Origin: Octopus vulgaris
Lineage: Eukaryota
NCBI GenBank assembly: GCA_951406725.2
Contig: OX597842.1
Span: forward strand, 1,054,001 to 1,118,000
DNA: 64,000 nt
Direction: 5' to 3'
Shown here: positions 25,017 to 38,895 of the stretch, piece after piece
Numbering within the stretch: position 1 is the stretch's first letter
Layout of the letters: the number at the start of each line of letters is the position of its first letter
Notes under the pieces: generated by a model
The model's input: the letters and a program-made list of their open reading frames with translations, nothing else
What the model was told of the DNA's origin: nothing
Databases searched by the model: none
Translations under genes and position numbers: made by a program

Positions 25017-25170
25017 CATATATACGACATGGCTTCCTTTCAGTTTCCATCTGCCAAATCCACTCACAAGGCTTTGGTCGGCCTGAGGCTATAGTAGAAG
25101 ACACTTGTCAAAGGTGCCACACAGTGGGACTGAACCCAGAACCATGTGGTTCATAAGCAAGCTACTTACC
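24640..25170 (-). mobile_element. SINE family A with a palindromic insert in its internal microsatellite
   Basis: Body and head separated by the insert at ~24809-24980. Confidence 0.8.
24809..24909. repeat. ~100 bp near-perfect palindrome centred on CCC|GGG
   Basis: GTTACTCTGAGTTTCCC|GGGAAACTCAGAGTAAC; shares GAAACTCAGAGT with 4021-4225. Confidence 0.85.
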
Positions 25171-25719
25171 ACACAGCCACCCCTGCACCTATATATATAT
25201 ATATATAAATGTTTAGAAAATTCTTTGATTGTATCTATGTATCTGTTATACTTTTATATACATTTGTACTCATATGAGTGTGTGTGTGAATTAATACATA
25301 TATACGTACACACACACACATATGCATAAACATATATATATCTAAATACACATACATGTACATATATAATATATACCTAAATGCAAAGGTAAAGATAGAT
25401 ATGCACTACATAACCCCCTTCACAAACACACACACACACAGGCATGCCTTTATTTACAAATGTATAAAAAAAAATAATACCCTGAAACTTCAACCAGGAA
25501 AGAACCTTGCAAAAAAAGGGCCCATGCATCGAAGAGTTCCTTCCTTCCAGCCAGAGATCTATTTATTTCTTTGGAACACTAAGGGGTTTCTTGGTCTTTG
25601 CTTCCTCTATTTACACTTCTAACCTTCCTGATTACCGATTTTTTTTTTATATATATTCCTCTTGAAGAACCAACTCTCTACCACGGCTTTTTTTTTCTGT
25701 CTTAAACATTCAACAGATT

Positions 25720-25724
25720 ATGAG

Positions 25725-25755
<31 letters not shown>

Positions 25756-25848
25756 GTATATATGTACATACATAGAGATATACATACACCACACACACAC
25801 ATATGCATGTCTGAATGTCTGGATATATCAGTTTATATATGTTTGTGT

Positions 25849-25891
<43 letters not shown>

Positions 25892-26053
25892 GTGTGTATA
25901 TATATATATATACATATATATATGTGTATATATACATACATATATATTTATATGTATGTATATATGTATATATATGATTTGCCTAATAGTGGTTTTATCT
26001 CTAATTTAATTTATATATATACACACACATATATATATATTTATATGTGTGTG

Positions 26054-26101
<48 letters not shown>

Positions 26102-26200
26102 TATATATGTGTGTGTATATATATGTATATATACATATATCTATATGTATATATATGTATATACACACATATATATATATGTATGTTTATATATATGTCT
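25720..26200. repeat. TA/TG microsatellite
   Basis: Seen directly. Confidence 0.95.
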
Positions 26201-26442
26201 ATATTTACTTAGAATTTATCAAAACTTTTTCTTTGTTTTATGATTTATTTACTTGTTTTATTTATGTTGTTTACTCTTATTCTTGCCTTTGTCTTAATTT
26301 CTTCTATTTTTCTGTTGTTTTTTATTTTATTTTCATGTAACAGGTACTTGAGTATACATACACGTGTGTATATATATGTGTGTAGGTGTCTAGATACATG
26401 TGTAAAAGTGTGTATATATATGATTGTATATATGCACGTAGT

Positions 26443-26484
<42 letters not shown>

Positions 26485-26807
26485 TAATTAAGGGTTAATT
26501 GCAACAAGTTGCTCAAAACCACATACCAAAAATATTAGAAATAGCAGCCAAATTGATCACTATTTCTCCTACTAATAAAAAGTCTCCACAAACAAACAGA
26601 ATTCGTAACCTGTATAGAAATGAAAATATATTCTTTGCTTCAGCTCAAGAGATATGCCCATGCATAGCACCATTAGCTTTAATATACCTTCTGTACTGAA
26701 TACCTCACCTGATGTATAGCATTATGTATGTGCATATTTATATAAACATCTATGTATGTACTTGTGTAGATATGAGTGTGTAAATGTATGTATGTGTAAG
26801 TATAGTA

Positions 26808-27010
26808 GAATTGTTAGCACGCTGGCTGAAATGCTTAGCGGTATTTCATCTGCCGTTACATTCTGAGTTCAAATTCCGCCAGGGTCGACCTTGCCTTTCA
26901 TCCTTTCAGAGGCGATTAAATACGTACCAGTTATAAACTGGGATCGGGTTAATTGACTTAAACCCTTTGTTTTTCCCCTCTATGTTTAGCCCACTGTGGT
27001 CAATAAAGAA
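26808..27010 (+). mobile_element. SINE family B
   Basis: GAGTTCAAATTCCGCC...GCCTTTCATCCTTTC...CAATAAAGAAAT tail. Confidence 0.75.
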
Positions 27011-27234
27011 ATATATATATATATATATATATAAATAAGAGTAGATAAATGGTACAACAAGGCACTTATATTTACTGGAAAATAGCAATTGTGATAAATA
27101 CAATGCTATTGTATAGCTTCACTGCGTGTATGCTAGTAAAGACGTGTGTGCCAAATATGTTTACAACGTATATATATATATATATATATAGACAAATATA
27201 TATATATATATATATAACGCCAAAACGTATATAT

Positions 27235-27560
27235 ATCATCATCATCATCATTTAACATATGCTTTCCATGCTGGCATGGGTCAGTCAACCTGACTGGAAT
27301 TTGTAAGCCAGAGATCTGCACCAGGTTTCTATGGCTGAATGCCCATCCTAATGCTAACCACTCCAAGACCATAATGGGTGATTTTTGCAAGATTTTTGCA
27401 TGGATACAATTTACCTGACAGCACAACAGCCTTGACAACAATTTTACTAGGCTTGATGAGTCTTCTCAAGCATGACATATTCCAAAGGTCTCTGTCACAA
27501 GTCATTGCCTCTATGAGGTCCAACATTCGAAGATAATGCTTCAACACCTTTTCCCATGTC
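27235..27560 (-). mobile_element. degenerate RTE 3' end with ORF remnant
   Basis: TWEKVLKHYLRMLDLIEAMTCDRDLW is homologous to the 2085 translation; (CAT)n tail. Confidence 0.7.
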
Positions 27561-27725
27561 ATCAAGGGATTCCATTTTCGATTGAATCTCCTGCAAGCTA
27601 ACACAGAATCCCTTAATAACAATGTAGCCTTCATGTGTCTAAGGTATCTTCAGCCAATTAGTAGCTAGTGGATTACCCCTCATTTGGGTAATTACTACTT
27701 CCAATGTTCTGCTAACTAGGAAACA

Positions 27726-28254
27726 TGCCATAAATCCTTGAGTATAATCCGCATTTTTTCCCCAAAATTTAAAGCTCAAAATCCCTAGTGCGTACTATAT
27801 ACGAGGTTAAAAGTGAAAAAATTATTTTCTAAGCAATGTCCAAGTCTCTATTTGCTGTCTGGCAACGTTTACTCAGACACATTTTGTGATATCAGGTGCG
27901 AAAATACCTTAAGCTAAGCCTGAAAGCAATGAAGTCATAAAAGAATTGTCCATAACTTGCAGTGAGCAACATTTATTAAAATAAAAGTATTCAGAACGCA
28001 GAATAACATGTAACAAAAACAATTTGCAAACATATTTACATTCCCATATAACAGTTAAGAACATCACCATTATTGTATTACGCATGCGCAGAAGTGTTTG
28101 TTCGACTAGGTGCTGCTGGTTTAATTACGCATGCCTCAAGTTAGAGAAGGGGGTGCGTATTATACACAAGGTTTAGGTTTTTCAGAAGCACAGCCCCCTA
28201 AAAATCCCCTGTGTATTATACTCAAGGGCAGACTATACTCGAGGATTTACGGTA
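27726..28254. mobile_element. Tc1/mariner-superfamily (Tc2/pogo-like) MITE, ~530 bp
   Basis: TIRs TGCCATAAATCCTTGAGTATAATCCGC / GCAGACTATACTCGAGGATTTACGGTA; subterminal GTGCGTA(T/C)TATA repeats. Confidence 0.7.
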
Positions 28255-28559
28255 TGTAGCCTGGATTTTACCAACATCATTCCCTAAATCTGGATACATA
28301 TATTTATAATGTGTGTATGTAATTATATATAAAATCCTCACACAAGAAATATTGAGATATATGTGTGTATATTAAATATATATGCGTATGTGTACATATA
28401 TTTATATAGACCAATTTGTCTTGCTTAACGTGACTAATTAATGCGACTAATTAATCCACAATGTCATTTCAGTATACATCAAAACTGCGTTAATCAAAAT
28501 TCTTCACCAATTCTGGGAATCTTTATAAATCATCTCAGAAATTAATAACGATCATCAAT

Positions 28560-28855
28560 AATAATAATAGTAATAATAATAATGATGATGATGATAATGG
28601 TGATGATGATGATGGTGATGATGATGATGACGATGAAGATGATGATGATGATATGATGATGACGATGAAGATGATGATGATGATATGATGATGACGATGA
28701 AGATGATGATGATGATGATGATGATGACGATGAAGATGATGATGATGATATGATGATGACGATGAAGATGATGATGATGATGGTGATGATGACGATGAAG
28801 ATGATGAAGGTGATGACGATGAAGATGATGATGACGACGACGACGACGACGATGA

Positions 28856-28887
<32 letters not shown>

Positions 28888-28918
28888 ATGATGATGATGG
28901 TGGTGGTGGTGGTGGTGG

Positions 28919-28962
<44 letters not shown>

Positions 28963-28981
28963 ATGATGATGATGGTGGTGG

Positions 28982-29021
<40 letters not shown>

Positions 29022-29022
29022 C
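28560..29022. repeat. (TAA)/(GAT)/(GGT) trinucleotide tract
   Basis: Seen directly. Confidence 0.95.
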
Positions 29023-29309
29023 TAATTCTAATTACTGCAAATCATTAATCTTCAGGATAAAATTTCATCAAAAGTCAATTTGAGCCGTTTTCACTTTTTC
29101 TTGCTCCATATATATTTTTTTTTGCAATAATAAGCAATTTGGTTGCCAAATTCTCTGCAAATGAGTCTATATCCAAAGACATTTAAAAACCAGTTCCATT
29201 AATCATAGTTTGGCCATTCTTATATCCAGAAAATTCCATCAAGTTCTTTGGCTGTTGCCTATTTTGATGTATTTCCAGATTGTTGGTACAAGTACAGACA
29301 TGGTATGAG

Positions 29310-30110
29310 CGTGGCTGTGGTGAGAAGCTTGCTTCCCAACCACATGGCTCCAGGTTCAGTCCCACTGTGTGGCACCTTGGGCAACTGCATTCTGCTATAG
29401 TCCCAGATCAACCAAAACCTGAGTAGATTTGGTAGACCAAAACTGAAAGAAGGCATCGAGCTGGCAGAAACGTTAGCACACCAGGCTAAATGCTTAGCGG
29501 TATTTCGTCAGCCGTTACATTCTGAGTTCAAATTCCGCTGAGGTCGACTTTGCATTTCATCCTTTCAGGGTCGATAAATTAAGTACCAGTTATGCACTGG
29601 AGTCGATGTAATCGACTTGATCCCTTTGTCTGTCCTTGTTAGTCCACTCTGTGTTTGGCCCCTTGTGGGTAGTAAAGAAATAGGTATTTCATCTGCCATT
29701 ATGTTCTGAGTTCAAATTCTGCTGAGGTCAACTTTGCCTTTCATCCTTTCGGGGTCGATAAATTAAGTACCAGTCACACACTGGGATTGATGTAATCGAC
29801 TTAATCCCTTTGTCTGTCCTTGCTTGTCCCCTCTATGTTTAACCACTTGTGGGCAATAAAGAAATAAGAAACTGAAAGAAGCCTGTCGTATATATAATTA
29901 TATATGTGTGTGTTTGTGTATGCATATGTGTGTGAGTGTGTGTGCCTTTGCGTCAGTGTTCGTTCCCCACCTCTGGTTGACAACCGGTGTTAGTGTGTTT
30001 ACATCCCTGTAACATAGCAGTTTGGAAAAAAAGATTTATAGAATAGGTACCAGACTTTAAAAACAAGTTCTTTAAAGGAGCGCCCTAGCAGGGACAAGTA
30101 AAAATGTGAA
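29310..30110 (+). mobile_element. older SINE family A interrupted by a family B dimer
   Basis: Family A resumes after TSD AAACTGAAAGAAG. Confidence 0.75.
29453..29868 (+). mobile_element. SINE family B head+(body)x2 inserted as one unit
   Basis: 13 bp TSD AAACTGAAAGAAG at 29440-29452 and 29869-29881; internal junction AAAGAAATAG|GTATTTC at 29683/4. Confidence 0.85.
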
Positions 30111-30188
30111 AGATAGAAGAAAAAATATATATATCCTACACACGCAGGTGACAGGTAGAGCATTCAGTCTTTGAAAATCTGTCTCTGA

Positions 30189-30662
30189 ATGGTGGTGGTG
30201 GTAGTGGTGGTAATAGTGATGATGATGATGATAATGATGGTGGTGGTAATGATGAGAATGGTGGTGGTGGTGATGATGATGATGATAATGGTGGTGGTAA
30301 TGATGGTGGTGATAATGATAATGGTGATGGTGATGGTAATGATGATGATGATAATGATTATGATGATGAAGATGATGACATTGACGATGATGATGGCAAT
30401 GAGGAAGATGATGATGGCAGTGATAATGGTGATGGTGGTAGTGGTGATGGTAATGATGATGATGATGATAATGATGATGATAATGATTATGATGAAGATG
30501 ATGACGTTGACGATGATGATGGCAATGATGATGACAGTGATAATGGTGATGGTGGTGACGACAGCGACAACAGTGATGACGATGATGGTAGAGATAACAA
30601 TGACAACGATGGCAAAATTGAAGGTGATGGTAGTGATGACGACAATGATGATGATGATAATA
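30189..30662. repeat. (GAT)/(GGT) tract
   Basis: Seen directly. Confidence 0.95.
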
Positions 30663-30799
30663 GACGCAGGTACATTTAAATGTGAGTCAGATAAGTTTTG
30701 AGAGAGATTTTTGCAAGAGAGTGTTTAAAATTTTAAAGTCTTCAAATATTACTTTCAACTGCTTAAGTTCATTAAAGTACACATGTCAGTCAAGCTAAA

Positions 30800-30853
30800 C
30801 ACACACACACACACTTGTACATACATGCACACGCGTACACACATACATGTATA

Positions 30854-30891
<38 letters not shown>

Positions 30892-31096
30892 TATACATGT
30901 ATGTATGTGTATAACCTGACTGACAAGACTACTTTAATGAAATTGAGCTGCTAAAAGAAATATCTGTAGATATATATATATATATATATATACACATACA
31001 TATATATTTATACATATATATATACATACATACATATATACATACATATATATATATAGATATACACACACACATATGTATATACATATGTATGTA

Positions 31097-31132
<36 letters not shown>

Positions 31133-31166
31133 CATCATATATATAATATATATATATATATATAAA

Positions 31167-31201
<35 letters not shown>

Positions 31202-31226
31202 TATATATAGGTACATACATATATCC

Positions 31227-31258
<32 letters not shown>

Positions 31259-31353
31259 TACATACATGTATTTATATATATATACATACATATGTATTTA
31301 TATACATATACAAACATATATATAATATATATATACACACACACGTGTATATG

Positions 31354-31422
<69 letters not shown>

Positions 31423-31490
31423 TATATAGACATACATATATGCATATATATGTATGTCCATGTATATGTATATACATGTCCACATATATA

Positions 31491-31534
<44 letters not shown>

Positions 31535-31567
31535 TACATACATATATATGCACATGCATATATACAT

Positions 31568-31612
<45 letters not shown>

Positions 31613-31844
31613 TACATACATACATATATAGATACACAAACACTCATTAATTTTTATTTGTGAACATGTATATACATGGCTTGTTTTGCACTTGTGTATA
31701 CACACAGGCATGTATACAGAATGTCTTTGTTTATGTACACACACACATACATGTGTCTATCAACTGCACACATATATGTGTTTTTCTGTATGTATACATA
31801 TATATGTATACATGTATGTATGTATATATATTTATACATATACA

Positions 31845-31886
<42 letters not shown>

Positions 31887-32222
31887 TATACATATATATA
31901 TAAATATGCATATATAGACATATATATATATATATACATACATCTATATATGCACATAGATATATGGCTATATCTATATGCATATATATACATATATATA
32001 TATACATACATGCCCAACCACACACATATTTTCATTTCCATTGGTATTTCCTGAAGCACTCATAAATGCAGGTAAATATACGCAAATAGTCATATGGGTA
32101 TATATATATATAGAGAGAGAGAGAGAGACATGGATTGATAGATATAGATAGACAGATATATACATACCTGTCTGTGACTATCTGTGCCTACATATGTGCA
32201 TGTGTGTGTATACACATATATG

Positions 32223-32253
<31 letters not shown>

Positions 32254-32352
32254 ATACATATACATATATATATACATACATATATACATACATATATATA
32301 TATACATATATATATGTACATACATACATATATATATACATACATATATATA

Positions 32353-32388
<36 letters not shown>

Positions 32389-32443
32389 CATACATACATA
32401 TATATACATACATACATACATATATATACATACATACATACAC

Positions 32444-32504
<61 letters not shown>

Positions 32505-32505
32505 G
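30800..32505. repeat. long compound TA/CA/CATA microsatellite
   Basis: Seen directly. Confidence 0.95.
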
Positions 32506-33607
32506 AGTGATATCTTCACGTCATGCTCATAAATAAAGAAAATTGCGCATGCAACGCAACAAAGGCACTAAGCTCGCCGGATGATACAGCAAAACAACCT
32601 CAAATACAACAACAACAACAGCAGCAACAACAGCTGTAAACAAACAAATAGAAAACACCACAAAACAAAGAAAAAAACCCACAAAAACTGACAGCCAAAA
32701 GATGATCAAATCCAGCATAACAAGGAATCAACAAGATGAAGAACAACAAGTACAGGAAACTATTTAAAAACCGACAACTTTTAAACCTAATAAGAAACAC
32801 AAAAAAAATATTGTAACTTCATTGTAATCATGCTTTTACATGGACAAATCTATCGGAAGAACCGTGATTTTTGGAGGGGTTTTTTTGTGTTTTTCACGAA
32901 AGGAAAAAGAAAAAAAAAAATGGCAGAGAATCGTTCCAGTAACAAGCAATGAAGTGGATATCCTCAATTTTCAATGGTTTTATAGTCTATGTTGTTCAAA
33001 CCAACAAGTCACATCATCGTAGTCGGGCATGCTGTAAGGCTTTCAGCTTTTTTTTGTTTTTTCTTTCGTCTCCTTTCTTCTTTCCTCAAAACTTTCGCTT
33101 CGATTTTACATCGAGATTTCAGTCCGGAAGTGCGTTAAATTTCAACGAAAGTTACAGAAAAGGGATGTTTAAAAAGAATAGGAAAGATATTTTGACAAAA
33201 CCTTGCGATGTTATTGAAAAATTTCTAAACAAACAACTGCACTTAATAAGATGTGATTCTGTAGAAACTTTCAACGGCAGCCATTTTGTTCTTTGTTTTG
33301 CGCTCAGAGAAATTTTTAGCTTCATTTTATTTGCAATTTACTTTATTTACACGATGGCTACTGAGAAAAATTTGAAGAAGAAACATGACACACAGATAGG
33401 TTTCTTGTCTTTTGTGATTGTTTAGGCTCTGCACTGATGTTTAGGATGATTTCTTTGTATGTTGTTGTTGCTGATATGAACGGTGGGATTGTTGTTGTTG
33501 CTGTTGTTGTTATTGCTAGTGTTGATGTTGCATTTTGCTTAGCTTCTTAACCTCTCTCTTGATTTGGAAATGAATAGCAAAATAGATTTGTTCCAATCAT
33601 TTCTGTA

Positions 33608-34620
33608 TTTATGTATGCATGTATGTATTTAAGTATGTATGTATGTATGAATGTATGTATGTACGTATGTTTGTATGTATGAATGTATGCATGTGTGTGT
33701 ATGTGTGTGTGTATGTATGTATGTATGTATGTATATATGTATGTGTGTATGTGTGTGTATGTATGTATGTATATATGAATGTATGTATGTATGTATGCAT
33801 GTATATATGTATGAATGTATACATGTATGTATGTATGTATGCATGTATGTATGCATGAATGTATACATGTATGTATGCATGCATGTATGTATGCATGCAT
33901 GTATGTATACGTGCATGCATGCATGCATATATGCATGTATGCATGTTTGTATGTATGTATGTATGTATGTTTGTATGCATGAATGTATGAATGTATGTAT
34001 GTATGTGTGTGTATGTATGTATGAATGTATGTGTGTGTGTATGTTTGTATGCATGTATGTATGCATGTATGTATGAATGTATGCATGAATGCATGTATGT
34101 ATGTATGCATGTATGTATGTACGTATGTATGCATGTATGTATGCATGTATGTATGTATGCATGCATGTATGTATGCATGTATGTTTGTATATATGTATGT
34201 ATGTATGTATATATGTATGTATGTATGTATGTATGCATGTATGCATGTTTGTATGTTTGTATGTATGTGTATATGTATGTACGCATGTATGCATGCATGT
34301 ATGTACGCATGTATGCATGCATGTATGTATGTTTGCATGTATGTATATTTGTATGTATGCATGTATGAACGTATGCATGCATGTATGTATGTATGTATGT
34401 TTGTATGTATGCATGTATGTATATTTGTATGTATGCATGTATGAACGTATGCATGTATGTATGCATGTATGTATGTATGTATGTATGTATGTATGCATGT
34501 ACGCATGTATGCATGTATGTATGTATGTATGTACGCATGTATGCATGTATGTATGTATGCATGCCTCTATGTATGCATGCATTTATATATAGATATGTAT
34601 GTATAAATATATTTGTGTAT
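33608..34620. repeat. ~1 kb (GTAT)n/(GCAT)n tetranucleotide tract
   Basis: Seen directly. Confidence 0.95.
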
Positions 34621-34644
34621 ATGTGAATAAACAGGTTCTTTTTT

Positions 34645-34868
34645 TCTTTTATTCTATTACTTGCTTCAGTCATTTCACTGCCGCCATGCTGGAGCACCAC
34701 CTTTAGTTGAACAAATCGATGCCAGGACTTATTCTTTGTAAGCCTAGTACTTCTATCATTCTCTTTTGCCGAACTGCTAAGTTACGGGGGTGGGGGATAA
34801 TCAAACCAACATCAGTTGTCAAGTGGTGGTGGAGGGGGGGACAAACGCAGAAAAACACACACACACAC

Positions 34869-34916
<48 letters not shown>

Positions 34917-35050
34917 TACAGGCTTCTTTCAGCTTCTCTCTACCAAAGCCTCAGGCTATAGTAGAAGACACTTGCCCAAGGTGTCACACAGTGGGACTGA
35001 ACCTGGAACCATGTGGTTGGGAAGCAAGCTTCTTACCACAAAGCCACACC
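34645..35050 (-). mobile_element. SINE family A
   Basis: Consensus match. Confidence 0.8.
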
Positions 35051-35090
35051 TCTGTACAATATATATACAATATATATATATATATATATA

Positions 35091-35312
35091 TATGAGAGGG
35101 TGTTGAAAAGTTCCTGGTTTTAAGGGTCTCATGAAAGGCCTGGTTGGAGGTCCAACCTCCCGAGTTCATTTTACAGAGCTTAGAAAAACTGAAGGACCGC
35201 TGCAATAAGTGTGTGAATCTGAGAGGAAAGTAAATTGAATAAAATCATAATCAACTGATCCTCCTCTATTTTCTTTCACCCAAAGCCAGGAACTTTTCAA
35301 CACACACTTGTA
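35091..35312 (+). mobile_element. mariner-derived MITE with both TIRs
   Basis: TA..GTGTTGAAAAGTTCCTGGTTTT / AAAGCCAGGAACTTTTCAACAC..TA; internal LEKLKDRCNKCVNLRG. Confidence 0.8.
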
Positions 35313-35361
35313 TATAATGGACATTAAATGATGATGATCAATAATGATGATGACGATATAT

Positions 35362-35743
35362 CTTTTACTCTTTTATTTGTTTCAGTCATTTGACTGCGGC
35401 CATGCTGGAGCACTGCCTTTAGTCAAGCAAATCAACCTGAGGACTTATTCTTGTAAGCCTAGTACTTATTCTATCGGTCTCTTTTGCCAAACCGCTAAGT
35501 TACGGGGACGTAAACACACCAGCATTGGTTGTCAAACAATGTTGGGGGAGACAAACTAACACATACATATATATACATATACATATATACAACAGGCTTC
35601 TTTCAGTTTCTATCTACCAAATCCACTCACAAGGCTTTGGTCGGCCCTTGGCTATAGTAGAAAACACTTGCCCAAGGAGGGACTGAACCCGGAAGCATGT
35701 GGTTCGTAAGCAAGCTACTTACCACAAAGCCCCTCCTGCACCT
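35362..35743 (-). mobile_element. SINE family A
   Basis: Consensus match. Confidence 0.85.
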
Positions 35744-35804
35744 ATATATATATACTCACACATATAATACATACGTACATACATACATACATACATACAT
35801 ACAG

Positions 35805-36410
35805 AGGCATATATCTGAAGATACTGGCATGTATGTTTCCATTTATGTAAGTCAAGTCTCTTTTATTTTTCAATTATTTTAAATCTTCCACTTTGGAGGG
35901 AGCCAGTTTTTAACAAAGATACAGGGCTCCATCTTTGAGATGCAGTTAACACAGACAAATTCACATTTGGAACTTGAGGAAAGTCTTGCATATTTTTACT
36001 GTTCCACTCACAGATTTCACTTGTAATGTACGAATCAGATGGTCAGTTTTTCTGAAAATCCCAGTTTATCCAGATTCTCCTTTAAGCATTTACTAACAAA
36101 ACCTAGTGCTCCAATTATTATTGGTATAAATATAAAATCATAGTCTGGATACAGAAGCTGAAGGTTTCAAAGCAGTTGTCCATAGATATCCTCTTTTACT
36201 ATGATTTTCATAGAGATATTTACATCTGCAGGGTAACTGACCTTTATGATGGTACATACCTTTGCTCCTCTGTCCCAAATAACAATATCTGGCCTGTTAT
36301 GGTTACATTTGACAGAAGTTTTGATGGGAATATTCCACCAGTATTCCTTGAGTTGGTGTTTATCAATGTATTCCATTCCAGGGATTTTCAGTTTATTTCA
36401 AGACCTTTTT
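35805..36410 (-). pseudogene. R4/NeSL-like non-LTR retrotransposon 3' fragment (RLE endonuclease domain)
   Basis: YWWNIPIKTSVKCNHNRPDIVIWDR...KEDIYGQLL*NLQLLYPDYDFIFIPIIIGALGFVSKCLKENLDKLG/LQVKSVSGTVKICKTFLKF*; RPD and PIIIGALG motifs. Confidence 0.85.
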
Positions 36411-36416
36411 TTGCGA

Positions 36417-36765
36417 AGTTCAGTCCCACTGCATGGCTCCTTGGGCAAGTGTCTTCTACTATAGCCTCAGGCCAACCATCTGAGTGGATTTGGTAAATGG
36501 AAACTAAAAGAAGCCCATTGTATGTATATATATATATATATGTATATGAAAAAACAAGTCAAGATAGAAAATGCTAAAATAATTTTATAAAGAACATTTC
36601 AGTACCGGTTTCTGTCATTTGAAACCTTTTCAACTGTAACAATTAAATAATTAAATTTAGAAAAATTAAAAGAAAAGTTTTTTTAAAAGAATATTTGTAT
36701 AGTGTTCAAATATAAGTGGCATTTTCCTTGTTTCTGCCTGTCTCTGCCTCTATTGTTTACTCTTG

Positions 36766-36828
<63 letters not shown>

Positions 36829-37037
36829 ATGTTTGTATGTCTGTGTTTATCCCCACACTATTGCTTGACAACCGATGTTGGTGTGTTTATGTTCCCCATA
36901 ACTAAGTAGTTTGGAAAAAGAGGCCAACAGAATAAGGACTAGGCTTACATAGAATAAGTCCTGGTGTTGATTTGTTCGAATTAAAGCGGTGCTCCAGCAT
37001 GGCCACAGTCAAATGACTGAAACAAGTAAAAGAGTAA
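36417..37037 (+). mobile_element. SINE family A with an insert (~36545-36765) in its TA tract
   Basis: Consensus match on both sides of the insert. Confidence 0.75.
36600..36636 (-). ncRNA. minimal hammerhead-like motif with U3-A8 core
   Basis: Minus strand CAG-TTGAAAA-GGTTTCAAATGACA-GAAA-CCGG-TA-CTG. Confidence 0.45.
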
Positions 37038-37145
37038 GGCTTTGGTCAGCCTATGGCTATTGTAGAAGATATTTCTCCATGGTGCTACACAGTGGGACTG
37101 AACCCAAAACTGCATGGCTGCAAAGTTCTTAACCATACAACCATC

Positions 37146-37817
37146 TATTGGGTTGGCAGCTAAGCCCACACCATTTCTTTAAATTATGGAATTTATTGCG
37201 TTTTTAAATTTTAGAATCTATTTTTTCGAGAATTCTGTTTTTGAATCATTTTGGAATGTTTTTTTTCTAGTTAATTTTAGTTAATTTTTGCTTATTTTCA
37301 GATCATTAAATTGGAATGTCAAGTTATAATAAACGAGCATTTTCAACACCTTCTTTTTGCTTTTAATCAAGGTTCTAAGGCCGCAAAAGCTGCTTGCAAC
37401 TTTTTGCTGTGTATGGAGAGGGTGCTATAGCTGAAAGAACCACTCATGATTGGTATGCCAAGTTCAAAAATGGAAATTTTGACCTCAAAGACGCACCTTC
37501 TGGCCGTCCAGCTGAGTTCGATGAAGAGCGATTAAACCAACTTTTGCATGAAAATCCTCATCAAACAAGGGAACTGGCAGAGAAAATGGAATGCTCCCAC
37601 ACTGCTATAGGGAAGCATCTTCACTCGATGAGAAAGGTTCAGAAGTATGGAGCATGGGTCCCGCATGCTTTAAGTGACAACAACAAAAATCAACGAGCCA
37701 CAATCTCAGCTGGTTTGCTTGCTCGTCACTGCTCAACTCATGGACACAAGCAAATGATTTCTTTACCGAATCATTACTGGCGATGAAAAATGGTGCCTGT
37801 ACATCAATATGAAGCAG
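37146..37817 (+). pseudogene. mariner transposon 5' half (left TIR and transposase N-terminus)
   Basis: TA+TTGGGTTGGCAGCTAAG TIR; VYGEGAIAERT..WYAKFKNGNFDLKDAPSGRP (HTH region), WVPHAL, then frameshifted RIITGDEKWCLY (first catalytic D). Confidence 0.92.
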
Positions 37818-38335
37818 CCCCGGTTAACAAGCAATGCAGCAACTAAACTGAGATTGCAGTCATGCATGTCCAGTCCAGTTAAGAAGACCTGTTGAGATGA
37901 GTAAAATCAATATCGTAGCTGTGGCTAGTGCCCCGCTGACTGGCTCCCATGCCAGTGGCATGTAAAAAGCACCATCTGAACGTGGTCGATGCCAGGTCCA
38001 TCTGACTGGCTCTTGTATCAGTGGCATATAAAAAGCACCAATCAAACGTTGCCGATGCCAGTAACCCCTGACTGGCCCCCGTGCTGGTGCCACATAAAAA
38101 TCACTATCCAAACATGATCAATGCCAGGCCCATCTGAGTGGCTCCTGTGCCGGTGACATGTAAAAGGCACCGACAACGGTCTCTGGTTGGTATTAGGAAG
38201 GATATCTAGCTGTAGAAACCTTGCCAGATCAGATTGGAGCCTGGTACAGCCATCTGGTTTTCCAGACCTCAGTCAAACCATCCAACCCATGCCATCATGG
38301 TAAACGGATGTTAAATGATGATAATGATGATGAGA
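37818..38335 (+). mobile_element. RTE 3' end truncating the mariner
   Basis: Four UTR repeats and (GAT)n tail. Confidence 0.8.
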
Positions 38336-38851
38336 TGTATATATACAGATGTACATATATATATATATATATATGTATGTATATATACATACAATCAGAC
38401 ACATATACATACATACATACATATATATATATATATAAATATATATATACATACATACATACACAAAGCAAATACACATCTCCCCCTCTTCCATCTCTGT
38501 ATCTCCACATTTTCTTTCATCCCCACCTTAACAATAACCCTCCCCCATTCCCATACACACACACCACCCCTTCATTTTTGTACAACACTCAGAAATGTCA
38601 ACCCCAAAATAAAACCAAGAACTACCACCACCATCACCTTCCCCACTCCTCTACCTACACCCCCCCGCCCCACCGCCCCCTCCCTCACCCATCCAAAACC
38701 CCAGCAAGTATGTCATCTTTTGTCAAAACCAATCTCCCTGTGCCCACCATTGCTAAATAACCATCCATTTCCGCAGCACATCAGGATTACTTACTCTATG
38801 TGTGGCCAAGTTGACAAACTTCCTGTTTTGGTATGGACAATAATGGAGTGA

Positions 38852-38895
<44 letters not shown>

